The notes under the pieces were generated by a model. The model saw nothing but the letters and a program-made list of their open reading frames with translations, was not told the DNA's origin and ran no database searches. Below are positions 25,304 through 34,118 of a stretch of DNA of 64,000 bases, piece by piece (position 1 is the first letter of the stretch; the number at the start of each line of letters is the position of its first letter). This DNA comes from Deltaproteobacteria bacterium (GTDB taxonomy: Bacteria > Desulfobacterota > GWC2-55-46). The position numbers and the translations under genes were made by a program. The stretch is taken from the NCBI GenBank assembly GCA_016182655.1, contig JACPGB010000056.1, positions 18,572 to 82,571 of the forward strand, read 5' to 3'.

Positions 25304-25477
25304 ATGGCAGGAAAGACGGATTCGACCCCCGGTGAAGAGGTCTGCGAGGTCTGCGGCAACCGCGTCGAAGACTGCGTATGCTGTCCCGAATGCGGCCACA
25401 CCTGCCTTCTTGAGAGCGGCGGCCTCCATTGCCCGGTCTGCGGGCCTCTTAAGCCGGTCCCCGATGAAAAGGAATAG
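25304..25477 (+). CDS. 57-aa Cys-rich zinc-ribbon-like protein (below the ORF-track cut-off)
   Basis: AAGGAGGT lies 6 nt upstream of the ATG. The product is MAGKTDSTPGEEVCEVCGNRVEDCVCCPECGHTCLLESGGLHCPVCGPLKPVPDEKE, with 9 Cys including CxxC pairs at both ends. Confidence 0.55.
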   Translation: MAGKTDSTPGEEVCEVCGNRVEDCVCCPECGHTCLLESGGLHCPVCGPLKPVPDEKE

Positions 25478-25479
25478 CG

Positions 25480-26064
25480 CTATGAGAGGGCCTTTTTCAC
25501 TTCAAGCAGGGCCTCTTTAAGCTCCTCTATCCCCTGTTCCATCCTCTTCCGCCTTCTGAGGATATAGGCCGGGTGATAGACCGGCATGACCTTCATGCCT
25601 CTGTACGACGCCCATCTGCCGGGGACGAACTCCCCAACCGGCAAAAGCGCGCGGAAGGCGGTCTTTCCGACGGCTATTATGACCTCGGGCGCGACAGCCT
25701 CTATCTCCTCTTCGAGGAACGGCAGGAAGAAAGCGCGCTCATCATCCGTGGGCGGCCTTGTTTTAAGCCTTTTCGTCTTAAGATGCGGCCATACCTTTAC
25801 GGCGTTGGTGATGTAGACGGCCTCCCGCTTAAACCCCGTAGCCTCCTCGAGCGCGGATATGAAAAACGTCCCGGCCTTGCCGACAAAGGGCCTGCCGAGC
25901 CTTGTCTCGTCCCTCCCCGGCGCCTCGCCTATTACCATCAAAGCGCGCTCCGCTCTCCCTTCGCCGAATACCGGGATGGAGTCGCTGAGCCGGGGATCAT
26001 CCAGCAAGGCCGCCCCGATCCGTTCGTTCAAGGCCTTAAGCCTCGCATCGGCCTTCATGGCCAT
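25480..26064 (-). CDS. Uracil-DNA glycosylase superfamily protein (family 4-like)
   Basis: The motifs are MVIGEAPGRDE...GRPFVGKAGTFF...ITNAVKVWP...VYHPAYILRR. I saw no N-terminal Cys cluster. Confidence 0.85.
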   Translation of the reverse strand: MAMKADARLKALNERIGAALLDDPRLSDSIPVFGEGRAERALMVIGEAPGRDETRLGRPFVGKAGTFFISALEEATGFKREAVYITNAVKVWPHLKTKRLKTRPPTDDERAFFLPFLEEEIEAVAPEVIIAVGKTAFRALLPVGEFVPGRWASYRGMKVMPVYHPAYILRRRKRMEQGIEELKEALLEVKKALS

Positions 26065-26165
26065 AAGGTATGGCGCGTTGGGACGGACCGCCTGAAAGTC
26101 ATTTTTATCATCTTATTGTATCGAAATGGCGAGCGGCCTGGAGGCCGGTGTGATTCAACGAAGCG

Positions 26166-27224
26166 CTAAAAAAGGCTCGGGATATCGTTCTTCCTGGAGC
26201 CGTCGCCCTTCTCCCCGGGCTTTTCGTCTTTTCTGTTATCGGGCTCCGCCGCCGCGGCCGGGGCGTCCTCGGGCCTGAACTCGCCCTTGAAGATATAGCG
26301 CTCGAAGATCCTCTGGTACGGGGACCAGTTGGAAGGGTCCCTCTCGTCCTCTATGAGGGTCTTTACCGCGTTTATCTTCGCGTCCATGTCGTCGAGGTAG
26401 TAAAGTATGATTGCCTCTATCGTCTTCGGCCTCTTGGGGGAGCCGAACTCAAGGTGGCCGTGGTGGCTCAAGAGCATGTGCTTAAGGAGTATCGCGAGTT
26501 CTCTCGGGAAGTCTTTAATGAGCCGTATCCGCTCATCGATCAGCTCTACACCTATGGTTATATGGCCGAGGAGCCTCCCCTCGTCGGTGTAGTCGAAGGA
26601 CCTCTTGTAGGAGAGCTCGTAGATCTTCCCTATGTCGTGGAGGATCGCGCCCGTTACAAGGAGGTCCCTGTTTATGCCTTCCCTGTAGTGGCCGACGACC
26701 TTATCGGCAAGGCCGCAGATGGAGAGGACGTGCTCAAGAAGGCCGCCGAGATAAGGGTGGTGCATGGCCTTGGCCGCCGGCGCGGTCATGAAACGGTCCC
26801 GGAGCTCCTTGTCGCTGAAAATGGAGAGGAGGAGGGCCTTAAGGTGCGCATCATTCATGCCGCCTATGATGGAGTCGAGCTCGGCGATCATCTCCGCCGG
26901 CCCCCTGCTCGATGCCGGGAGAAAGTCCCTTATGGAGTAGGCCCCTTCCGGGAGCGAGGAGACCGACGTTATATTCACTTGAAGCCCGCCCTGGTACGCG
27001 ACGGCGAACCCCTTTACGGCTACGATATCGTTTTTCTGGAAGACCTTGCCTATCTCCTCGGCGGCCTCCCAGACCCGTGCCTCGCATTCGCCGGTGGAGT
27101 CCATTATCCGCATGTTCAGATAGGGCTTCCCCGATTTGCTTACCCCGGACTCCTTCTTGGTGACGAGGAACGCGCCCGAGACAGGCTCTTTTTCCTTTAA
27201 GTCCTTTATGAAGGTCTTCTTCAC
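26166..27224 (-). CDS. yhaM: OB-fold plus HD-domain 3'-5' exoribonuclease, YhaM-like
   Basis: N-terminal OB fold (SKSGKPYLNMRIMDSTGECEARVWE) and the HD motifs HHPYLGGLLEH, AILHDIGK and LLSHHGHLEFGSPKRPKT. Confidence 0.82.
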   Translation of the reverse strand: MKKTFIKDLKEKEPVSGAFLVTKKESGVSKSGKPYLNMRIMDSTGECEARVWEAAEEIGKVFQKNDIVAVKGFAVAYQGGLQVNITSVSSLPEGAYSIRDFLPASSRGPAEMIAELDSIIGGMNDAHLKALLLSIFSDKELRDRFMTAPAAKAMHHPYLGGLLEHVLSICGLADKVVGHYREGINRDLLVTGAILHDIGKIYELSYKRSFDYTDEGRLLGHITIGVELIDERIRLIKDFPRELAILLKHMLLSHHGHLEFGSPKRPKTIEAIILYYLDDMDAKINAVKTLIEDERDPSNWSPYQRIFERYIFKGEFRPEDAPAAAAEPDNRKDEKPGEKGDGSRKNDIPSLF

Positions 27225-27236
27225 TCGATATACTCC

Positions 27237-28199
27237 TCAGGCGCTTATCGCGCCCTCCCTTTCCAGATACCAGCGCACGTATCTCGCGACTCCCTCGTCT
27301 ATCCGCACCTTCGGGGCGAACCCGAGAAGCCTCTTCGCCTTCGTGACGTCCGCGTAGGTAATTGGCACGTCGCCAGGGGCGGTCGCCGAATATTTTACGA
27401 CCGCCTTTTTCCCGAGGTTCTTCTCGATAAGGGAGATGAGGCCGTTAACGTCTATCATGTTCGCGCCGCCGATGTTCACGATCTCGTACCTCGAAGGCGT
27501 GTATATGGACCTCAATACGCCGTCGAGGATGTCGCCCACGTAGGTAAAGTCCCTTCTCGCGGTCCCGTCGCCGTATACCTCTATCTCTTGCCCCTCCCGG
27601 ACGGCCTTGGTGAACTTGGCGACGGCCATGTCGGGCCGCCCGCGCTCGCCGTAGACCGTAAAGAAACGGAGGCATGTGACGTTCATCCCGTAGAGGTGGG
27701 AGTAGGTATAGCTCATGAGCTCCCCGGCCCTCTTTGTCGAGGCGTAAGGGGAGATCGGGCATGTGATGGGGTCTTCTTCCGAGAACGGGACCTTGCTGTT
27801 GATGCCGTAGACGGATGACGAGGAGGCGAAGACGAAGTTTTTGACCAAGACCCTCCGCGCGGCATCGAGCAGGTTTAATGTGCCGAGGCAGTTGACCTCT
27901 TCATATAGGAACGGGTCTTGAATCGATGGTCTGACGCCTGCGCGCGCGGCCAGGTGGCAGACCGCGTCAGGGGCTTCGTCCCTGAAAACGGCCTCTACCC
28001 CGGCCCTGTCCCTTATGTCCATCTCGCAAAGCCTGAGGCGGGGCTCATTCCCGTACAGGGCCATGTTATCGCGCTTGAGCCTCGGGTCGTAGAAGTCGTT
28101 GAAATCGTCGATTACGACTACGCTTTCGCCCTTTTTAAGGAGCTCCCCTACTACATGGGAGCCTATGAAACCCGCGCCGCCAGTGACTAATATCTTCAT
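27237..28199 (-). CDS. UDP-glucuronate 4-epimerase-type NAD-dependent epimerase
   Basis: The motifs are MKILVTGGAGFIGSH, YASTKRAGE and RFFTVYGERGRPDMA, the last being typical of UDP-GlcA/GalA 4-epimerases. Confidence 0.82.
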   Translation of the reverse strand: MKILVTGGAGFIGSHVVGELLKKGESVVVIDDFNDFYDPRLKRDNMALYGNEPRLRLCEMDIRDRAGVEAVFRDEAPDAVCHLAARAGVRPSIQDPFLYEEVNCLGTLNLLDAARRVLVKNFVFASSSSVYGINSKVPFSEEDPITCPISPYASTKRAGELMSYTYSHLYGMNVTCLRFFTVYGERGRPDMAVAKFTKAVREGQEIEVYGDGTARRDFTYVGDILDGVLRSIYTPSRYEIVNIGGANMIDVNGLISLIEKNLGKKAVVKYSATAPGDVPITYADVTKAKRLLGFAPKVRIDEGVARYVRWYLEREGAISA

Positions 28200-28325
28200 G
28201 CGTAAAAGCTAACATACAAACCAATATGGGTCAAGAACAGTTGGCGGATTGACGGGAAAATGGATTCGAAAACCCATTAAATGTGAGAAGAAAATGGGAT
28301 CGGAAGGGGGCTATCCTTAAAAGGT

Positions 28326-28351
28326 CCGGGGGGCCTTTGAAAGCCCCCCGG
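28326..28351 (-). terminator. GC-rich hairpin downstream of the 28368 gene
   Basis: CCGGGGGGC-8 nt-GCCCCCCGG. On the minus strand it is followed by ACCTTTTAAGG. Confidence 0.5.
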
Positions 28352-28367
28352 GATCCCGACACACCGA

Positions 28368-28895
28368 TCAGTACCCGCCGCCCATGGTCCCGCGCCCGGT
28401 CTCAGGCGATGGCCTGGACTCGGGGGATTCCGGCCTGGACTCCTTCGGAAGGGCCGCGGTCTCGGCTTCGCCCAGGTCGCCCTTCAAAGCTGTCGAGATG
28501 TTTTCCATGTTGCTGGGGTTGTTGTCCGGGTGATAGGCTATCACGAGCGAGTCCCAGCTCTCGATCTCGCTTGAGGGGACGACGGCCGTATATTTGCCGT
28601 TTCCCTTGGCGTCGCTCTTGAAGGAGTAGTCGCCGGTGCCTACGCCCGACATGTCCTTGCCCGCCTTTTCGTTTACGAACCAGGCGGTGTATGTGGAGTC
28701 GGGTTTCAAATTCGACGCCTCGATGGTTATCTGTTTCTTGCCCTCGCCGGCGTCGCTGATCGTCGCCGTGCCCTTTACGTTTTCCCAGAGCCTGCCTTTA
28801 AGATCGACCTTCTCCTCGGCGGCGAACGCCGTGGTAATGAACGTTGCGAAAAGGAAGAAAAATACGGCCGCTATGACGCCTCTCGTCTTTGACAT
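28368..28895 (-). CDS. Secreted protein of unknown function (paralogue A)
   Basis: Signal peptide MSKTRGVIAAVFFFLFATFITTAFA. It shares ...IEASNLKPDSTYTAWF...GTGDYSFKSDAKGNGKY...IAYHPDNNPSNMENISTALKGDL with 29003-29455. The C-terminal tail is rich in Pro, Glu and Ser. Confidence 0.7.
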   Translation of the reverse strand: MSKTRGVIAAVFFFLFATFITTAFAAEEKVDLKGRLWENVKGTATISDAGEGKKQITIEASNLKPDSTYTAWFVNEKAGKDMSGVGTGDYSFKSDAKGNGKYTAVVPSSEIESWDSLVIAYHPDNNPSNMENISTALKGDLGEAETAALPKESRPESPESRPSPETGRGTMGGGY

Positions 28896-28955
28896 TGGTG
28901 CCTCCTTTGTTTCGGGGTGAAAGGTTGGGGAGAATTTCCGGAAGGTCTCCTGAAA

Positions 28956-28987
28956 TTAAGAGAAGGCCATGAATGGCCTTCTCTTAA
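28956..28987 (-). terminator. Perfect long palindrome downstream of the 29003 gene
   Basis: TTAAGAGAAGGCCAT-GA-ATGGCCTTCTCTTAA. On the minus strand it is followed by TTTCAGG. Confidence 0.55.
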
Positions 28988-29002
28988 TCCGTTCGAGCCT
29001 GC

Positions 29003-29455
29003 TTACCAGATCTTCTCAAGGTCTCCGGTAAGGGCCACAACCGCGTTGTCGAGATTCTCGGGGTTGTCGTCCGGGTGGAGCGCCACCTGCAGGTAGTCAT
29101 AACCCATGTAATCGTATGAATTGAGCGTAGTCACAAAACGCCCCTTGCCCTCGCCGTCGGTCTTGAAGGCGTGGTCGCCTATCCCGAGGCCTCTGAAGTC
29201 CCCGGCGGGCCTTTCCTTCGCGAGCCAAACGGTATAAACCGAGTAGGGCTCAAGCCCGCTCGCCTCGACGGAGATCTCTTTTATCTCGTAACCGCCCTCG
29301 AACACATCCGTGACCACCACCTCGCCCGCGGCCTTTTCAACCCCGGCCGCCGGCCTGAGATCGAAGTTCCCGACGGACGCCCCGGCCGGGAGCGCCGATA
29401 ACGCGACGATGGCGATGGCCAGGAGGGCTCCTCTGATCTTTGACATTGTACGCAC
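29003..29455 (-). CDS. Secreted protein of unknown function (paralogue B)
   Basis: Signal peptide MSKIRGALLAIAIVALSALPAGA. It shares ...VEASGLEPYSVYTVWL...GIGDHAFKTDGEGKGRF...VALHPDDNPENLDNAVVALTGDL with paralogue A. Confidence 0.7.
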   Translation of the reverse strand: MRTMSKIRGALLAIAIVALSALPAGASVGNFDLRPAAGVEKAAGEVVVTDVFEGGYEIKEISVEASGLEPYSVYTVWLAKERPAGDFRGLGIGDHAFKTDGEGKGRFVTTLNSYDYMGYDYLQVALHPDDNPENLDNAVVALTGDLEKIW

Positions 29456-29602
29456 CTCCTTATCACTTCAATCGGTGTTCGGCAGGCCTTGTTAAAGGGC
29501 CTGCCAAAGCTTCCATATATTAATTCTAATACCGGAGCGGCGGTTGTCAAATACCCATGCCGGTGATAGAATCGATTTAGTCTTATACTGCGAGGCCTCC
29601 TT

Positions 29603-30031
29603 ATGACGTACAGCTATCACGAGCACATATCCGACATAGGCATCAAGGCCGAGGCTCGCGACCTTAAGTCCGCCTTCAACGAGGGGGCCTCCGCTATGCT
29701 TAACGTCATGTTCGATCTTACGACGATAGATGAGAATGAGGCCCACGAGATCCGCGCCGAGGCCCCGGAGATAGAGACCCTGTTCGTGGAGGTCCTGAAC
29801 GAGGTGCTCTCGATCCAGGGGCTCCGCGAGCTCGCCTTCAAAAGGGTCGAGACAACGGCGATCGAGGAGACCGCCGAAGGGTACAGGTACTCAGGCAGGG
29901 CATTCGGCGAGAAGTTCGATAGATCGCGGCACGAGGCGAGGACAGAGGTCAAGGGCGCGACGTACTCGGGCCTCCGATACAACGGCGGGACAGGCGGCGT
30001 TCACGAGCTTGAATGCATACTCGATGTTTAA
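29603..30031 (+). CDS. Archease
   Basis: The archease pattern is YSYHEHISDIGIKAEARDLKSAFNEGASAM...VKGATYSGLRY...ECILDV. Confidence 0.85.
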   Translation: MTYSYHEHISDIGIKAEARDLKSAFNEGASAMLNVMFDLTTIDENEAHEIRAEAPEIETLFVEVLNEVLSIQGLRELAFKRVETTAIEETAEGYRYSGRAFGEKFDRSRHEARTEVKGATYSGLRYNGGTGGVHELECILDV

Positions 30032-30072
30032 CAGGCTGCCTGCAACAAGTTGAGGGGTATCGCCTTGTACCT

Positions 30073-30230
30073 CCCCTCCCTCGACGGGAGGGGACTGAGG
30101 GGAGGGTGACTTCGGCACGCCAATTTCAAATCGGGCGGCTCGGGGGATCATTGACGCAATGCCGTCCGTTGTGATTTTGACCCGCCCGGCACGCTTCACC
30201 CCCGCCCAACCTCCCCCGTCAAGGGGGAGG
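30073..30230. repeat. REP-like hairpin cluster between archease and rtcB
   Basis: The hairpins are CCCCTCCC-TCGAC-GGGAGGGG (30073-30093) and CCTCCCCC-GTCAA-GGGGGAGG (30210-30230). The same hairpin family occurs at 5531-5553, 5566-5590 and 22822-22842. Confidence 0.6.
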
Positions 30231-30282
30231 AGATTTAAAATGACGCGGCAAGCCGGGTGTTTGACCTAAGAGAGAATAAAAA

Positions 30283-31746
30283 ATGAAGATAGAGGTCAAA
30301 AAGGTCTCCGACTTTATCTGGGAAATACCCAAAACAGGCGACATGCTCGTGCCGGGGCGCGTCTACGCCGACGAAGAGACGATAGCCCCCCTTGTAAAAG
30401 AGGCCGTTGCCGGAAAGCCCGGCGGTCTCACCCCGGCGCTCGTTCAGGTGGCGAACGTCGCCACACTCCCCGGCATACAGAAGGCCTCGCTCGCAATGGC
30501 CGACATACACCCGGGCTACGGCTTCGCCATAGGCGGAGTAGCGGCGTTCGATTCCGACAAGGGCATCGTGAGTGTCGCGGGCGTAGGCTTCGACATAAAC
30601 TGCGGTGTGCGGATGCTGAAGACCCCGCTTACGAGAGGGGATATAGAGCCCATAAAGACCGAGCTCGCAAACCAGCTCTTCAGGGACGTCCCCTCGGGCG
30701 TGGGCTCTACTGGTGACATAAGACTCAAGGAATCCGAGATAGACGACCTCCTCGTCAAAGGCTCGCCGTTTATCGTCGAGCGCGGGTACGGCCTCTCCGA
30801 AGACCTCGAATATACGGAAGAGGGCGGGTGCATAAAAGGCGCGGACCCTCATAATGTAAGTACGAGGGCAAAGGAGAGGCAGTTCAAACAGGTAGGCACG
30901 CTCGGGTCGGGCAACCACTACCTCGAGGTCCAGTACATAGAGGAGATATACGATACGGAGGCCGCTCGGATCTACGGGCTTTCAAAGGACCAGGTCGTCA
31001 TCTCCATCCACTGCGGGAGCAGGGCTCTCGGCCACCAGATAGGGACCGATTATCTTAAGACCCTCGAGGCCGCAAGCAGAAAATACGGCATACCCATAAG
31101 GGACAGGGAGCTCGTATGCGCGCCTATCACGAGTCCGGAGGGAAAGAAATACATAAGCGCGGTGAACGCCGGGATGAACTGCGCCTTCGCGAACAGGCAG
31201 GCGATTGCGCACCTTGCGCGCGGCGCTTTCGCGCGTATCACGGGCATAAGGCCGGATTCCATCCGGATGCTCTATGATGTGGCCCACAACACCTGCAAGT
31301 TCGAGACCCACATTGTAAACGGCGTCGAAAAAAAACTCCTCATCCACAGAAAGGGCGCTACCCGCGCATTCGGCCCCGGAAGGGTCGAGGTCCCTCCGGC
31401 GTACCGGTCCGTCGGCCACCCGCTTCTCGTAGGCGGGACGATGGGCACGGCGTCATACATACTCCGGGGCACGGAAAAAGGCATGGCCGAGTGCTTCGGC
31501 TCCACGGTCCACGGGGCGGGCAGGTCGCTTTCGCGCGTGCAGTCGAAGCGGCAGTGGCGCGGCACCGAGCTCCTCAAAGACCTTGCGGCAAAGGGGATAA
31601 TAATAAGGTCCGGGTCGATGTCCGGGGTGGCCGAAGAGGCCCCGGGCGCGTACAAGGACATAGACAGGGTCGTCGAAATTATGCACATGGCCGGGGTCAA
31701 CAGGAAGGTCGCGCGGATGCGGCCGATGGTCTGCGTGAAGGGGTAA
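30283..31746 (+). CDS. rtcB: RNA 3'-phosphate/5'-OH ligase RtcB
   Basis: The motifs are GVGFDINCGVR, GSGNHYLEVQ, HCGSRALGHQ, HRKGATRA, GTMGTASYIL and STVHGAGR. Confidence 0.95.
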   Translation: MKIEVKKVSDFIWEIPKTGDMLVPGRVYADEETIAPLVKEAVAGKPGGLTPALVQVANVATLPGIQKASLAMADIHPGYGFAIGGVAAFDSDKGIVSVAGVGFDINCGVRMLKTPLTRGDIEPIKTELANQLFRDVPSGVGSTGDIRLKESEIDDLLVKGSPFIVERGYGLSEDLEYTEEGGCIKGADPHNVSTRAKERQFKQVGTLGSGNHYLEVQYIEEIYDTEAARIYGLSKDQVVISIHCGSRALGHQIGTDYLKTLEAASRKYGIPIRDRELVCAPITSPEGKKYISAVNAGMNCAFANRQAIAHLARGAFARITGIRPDSIRMLYDVAHNTCKFETHIVNGVEKKLLIHRKGATRAFGPGRVEVPPAYRSVGHPLLVGGTMGTASYILRGTEKGMAECFGSTVHGAGRSLSRVQSKRQWRGTELLKDLAAKGIIIRSGSMSGVAEEAPGAYKDIDRVVEIMHMAGVNRKVARMRPMVCVKG

Positions 31747-31764
31747 ATTTTCTTCTTAAAAAAA

Positions 31765-31793
31765 ACAGGAGGCCCGAAAGGGCCTCCTGTTTC
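31765..31793. terminator. Bidirectional intrinsic terminator after rtcB
   Basis: An A8 run, the stem ACAGGAGGCCC-GAAA-GGGCCTCCTGT, then TTTCTG. Confidence 0.75.
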
Positions 31794-31817
31794 TGTATAT
31801 AGAGGTCAGTCGCGTAG

Positions 31818-31843
31818 GTCGGGTTAGCGAAGCGTAACCCGAC
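31818..31843. repeat. REP-like hairpin GTCGGGTTA-8 nt-TAACCCGAC
   Basis: Perfect 9-bp stem in the gap between rtcB and the zinc-ribbon gene. Confidence 0.5.
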
Positions 31844-31911
31844 AAACCCGTATTATTCCCCCACGCGCTCTTCAAACCCGTCTTACCGGGTTACTACACA
31901 CCTGCGGAAGA

Positions 31912-32079
31912 TCAGTAGTCCTCTTCGAGATAAAGCTCATCTGTCTTTGTCTTCCTGAGCGCGAGCGGAGTCTGGCAATAAGGGCAATAGACCTGTTCGC
32001 CGACCTTCTCGTCCCCTGCCATAGGGACCTCGACATCGCACATCGGGCAGGTAAGATAGCTGTAGGAATTTTGCGCCAT
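31912..32079 (-). CDS. 55-aa zinc-ribbon protein, LysW-like fold
   Basis: The ATG at 32079 follows AAGGAGGGGGTG. The product is MAQNSYSYLTCPMCDVEVPMAGDEKVGEQVYCPYCQTPLALRKTKTDELYLEEDY, with two CPxC knuckles and an acidic tail. Confidence 0.6.
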   Translation of the reverse strand: MAQNSYSYLTCPMCDVEVPMAGDEKVGEQVYCPYCQTPLALRKTKTDELYLEEDY

Positions 32080-32235
32080 GAAGCACCCCCTCCTTACGGG
32101 CCTCTCCATTATCCGGTTTCCGCGTCCTCATGTCAAGGGCCTCCCGCCGCTAAAACAGTGGATATACGCGCCAAAAACGCCAATTACCACTTGACCGCGG
32201 GCCGGAAAACGGGGACAATATTAGAGGAGGGGAAT

Positions 32236-32460
32236 GTGTTCAGGGAGATTAGAAAACTCTACCTCTCGGCAGGCGAGGACGTAGTCCATCTCCGGCACCC
32301 GGAATGGGGTGTCGGGAAAGTGGTCGAGGAGATGAACTCCACCATACCCGGCGGAGCAAGCATGGTCAGGATCGAATTCAGGCACGGCGGCAACAAGACA
32401 TTCGACAACAACCTTGAGAGCCTGTGCTGTTGTTACCACGCGGGGGTGAGAAGGATCTGA
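32236..32460 (+). CDS. Small DUF3553-like protein
   Basis: The GTG at 32236 lies 5 nt after GGAGG. VHLRHPEWGVGKVVEE...MVRIEFRHGGNKTF fits the HPxWGxGxV...V.F pattern. Confidence 0.5.
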   Translation: MFREIRKLYLSAGEDVVHLRHPEWGVGKVVEEMNSTIPGGASMVRIEFRHGGNKTFDNNLESLCCCYHAGVRRI

Positions 32461-32564
32461 AGACTAAAAATTGTTGTTTTTAGAGGCGGCTTGAAAATTT
32501 AAAACTATAACGGGAATTTAAAAGGCGGGGTCTTTCGACCCCGCCTTCTTTGCATTCAGCCATC

Positions 32565-34094
32565 TCAGAATAGCGGCTCTCCCGTCATCTCAGGCGGAAT
32601 CTCGATTTCCATTAGCTTAAGGACCGTCGGCGCGATGTCCTTGAGCCCGCCGTGCTTTAGGCTTGCGCCCTTTCTGTCGTTATCGACGAGGATGAACGGG
32701 ACGAGGTTAGTCGTGTGCGCCGTGAAAGGCTCGCCTGTCGCCGGGTCTACCATCTGCTCGGCGTTGCCGTGGTCGGATGTTATTATGACGGCCCAGTCGC
32801 GCTCGCTTGCGGCCTTTGCGACAATGCCGACGGCGGCGTCGACGGCCTCGCATGCCTTTACGGCCGCCTCTATCACCCCGGTATGGCCCACCATATCGCC
32901 GTTCGCGAGGTTCATGAGCACAAACGAACATGTACCGGACCTTATCTTTTCAGCGGCGGTCTCTGCTATCTCGAGCGCGCGCATCTCGGGCTTAAGGTCG
33001 TATGTAGGCACGTCCTTGACCGACGGTATGAGGAGCCTGTCCTCGCCGGGGAAAGGTGTTTCCTTGCCCCCGTTGAAGAAGAAGGTCACGTGCGCGTACT
33101 TTTCCGTCTCGCTCACCCTGAACTGTTTCACTCCGGCGCGGGAGAGCATCTCCCCGAGTATGTTCTTTATGTCCTGGGGCTTGAAGAGCACAGGCAGGTT
33201 GAGCTTCTGGTCGTACTCTGTCATGCATATGAAGGATACGAGCGCGGGCCTCTGCCCCCGCTCGAAGCCGTCGAATTCCCGGTCGACAAAAGCCCTGGTC
33301 ATCTCCCTCGCCCTGTCGGCCCTGAAGTTGAAAAAAAAGACGGCGTCGTTCTCCTCGACATGTCCGACCGGCGAGTCGTTCTCGACGATTACCGTGGGTG
33401 TAACGAACTCGTCTGTCTCGCCGTTCGAGTACGCCTCTTTTATCGCGAGGACCGGGTCCTCAGAGAGCCTTCCGCTCCCTTTAACGACAGCGTCATACGC
33501 CTTCTCGACGCGCTCCCACCTGTTGTCCCTGTCCATCGCGTAGAAGCGGCCGGAGACCGTCGCCACCTTTCCGACGCCTGTCTTCCGTATCTCCTCGACA
33601 AGGCTTTCCATGTAATGCGCTCCGCTCGACGGAGGAGTGTCCCTGCCGTCGAGGAACGCGTGTATGAAGACCTTCGCAAGCCCGTTCCTTTTCGCGGCGT
33701 CGAGTATCGCGAAGAGGTGCGAGATGTGGCTGTGTACCCCGCCGTCGGAGAGGAGCCCCATGAGGTGGAGCGCCTTGCCCTTGTCCTTCAGGTACGAGAA
33801 TATCTCGGCGAGCATGGGGTTTCTCTCAAACTCCCCGTCCGTAGCGGCCTTTCCGATCCTCGTAAGCTCCTGGTATATGACCCTGCCGGCGCCCATGGTG
33901 AGGTGGCCGACCTCGGAGTTCCCCATCTGTCCTTCGGGAAGCCCCACGGAGAGCCCGGCGGTGTCGATTGCGCCCGACGGGTATTCGCTCGATAAGCGCG
34001 CGAGGTTCGGCAGTTTCGCGAGCTTCGTCGCGTTCCCGGCAACGGCAGGGTTAAGCCCCCATCCGTCCATGACGATAAGGCAGACTCGTTTCAT
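32565..34094 (-). CDS. gpmI: 2,3-bisphosphoglycerate-independent phosphoglycerate mutase
   Basis: The motifs are LIVMDGWGL, GNSEVGHLTMGAGRVIYQ and ITSDHGNAE, at full length (509 aa). Confidence 0.95.
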   Translation of the reverse strand: MKRVCLIVMDGWGLNPAVAGNATKLAKLPNLARLSSEYPSGAIDTAGLSVGLPEGQMGNSEVGHLTMGAGRVIYQELTRIGKAATDGEFERNPMLAEIFSYLKDKGKALHLMGLLSDGGVHSHISHLFAILDAAKRNGLAKVFIHAFLDGRDTPPSSGAHYMESLVEEIRKTGVGKVATVSGRFYAMDRDNRWERVEKAYDAVVKGSGRLSEDPVLAIKEAYSNGETDEFVTPTVIVENDSPVGHVEENDAVFFFNFRADRAREMTRAFVDREFDGFERGQRPALVSFICMTEYDQKLNLPVLFKPQDIKNILGEMLSRAGVKQFRVSETEKYAHVTFFFNGGKETPFPGEDRLLIPSVKDVPTYDLKPEMRALEIAETAAEKIRSGTCSFVLMNLANGDMVGHTGVIEAAVKACEAVDAAVGIVAKAASERDWAVIITSDHGNAEQMVDPATGEPFTAHTTNLVPFILVDNDRKGASLKHGGLKDIAPTVLKLMEIEIPPEMTGEPLF

Positions 34095-34118
34095 TCTCGG
34101 GTTTTCTCCTGCGGGGGA

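Noticed and set aside
26454-27200. Plus-strand 248-aa ORF
   Set aside because: It is an antisense shadow of the YhaM-like gene.
31912-32079. Calling the zinc-ribbon mini-protein a genuine LysW/ArgW amino-group carrier
   Set aside because: It lacks the C-terminal Glu and no LysX/ArgX-type partner is nearby. Only fold-level similarity is claimed.
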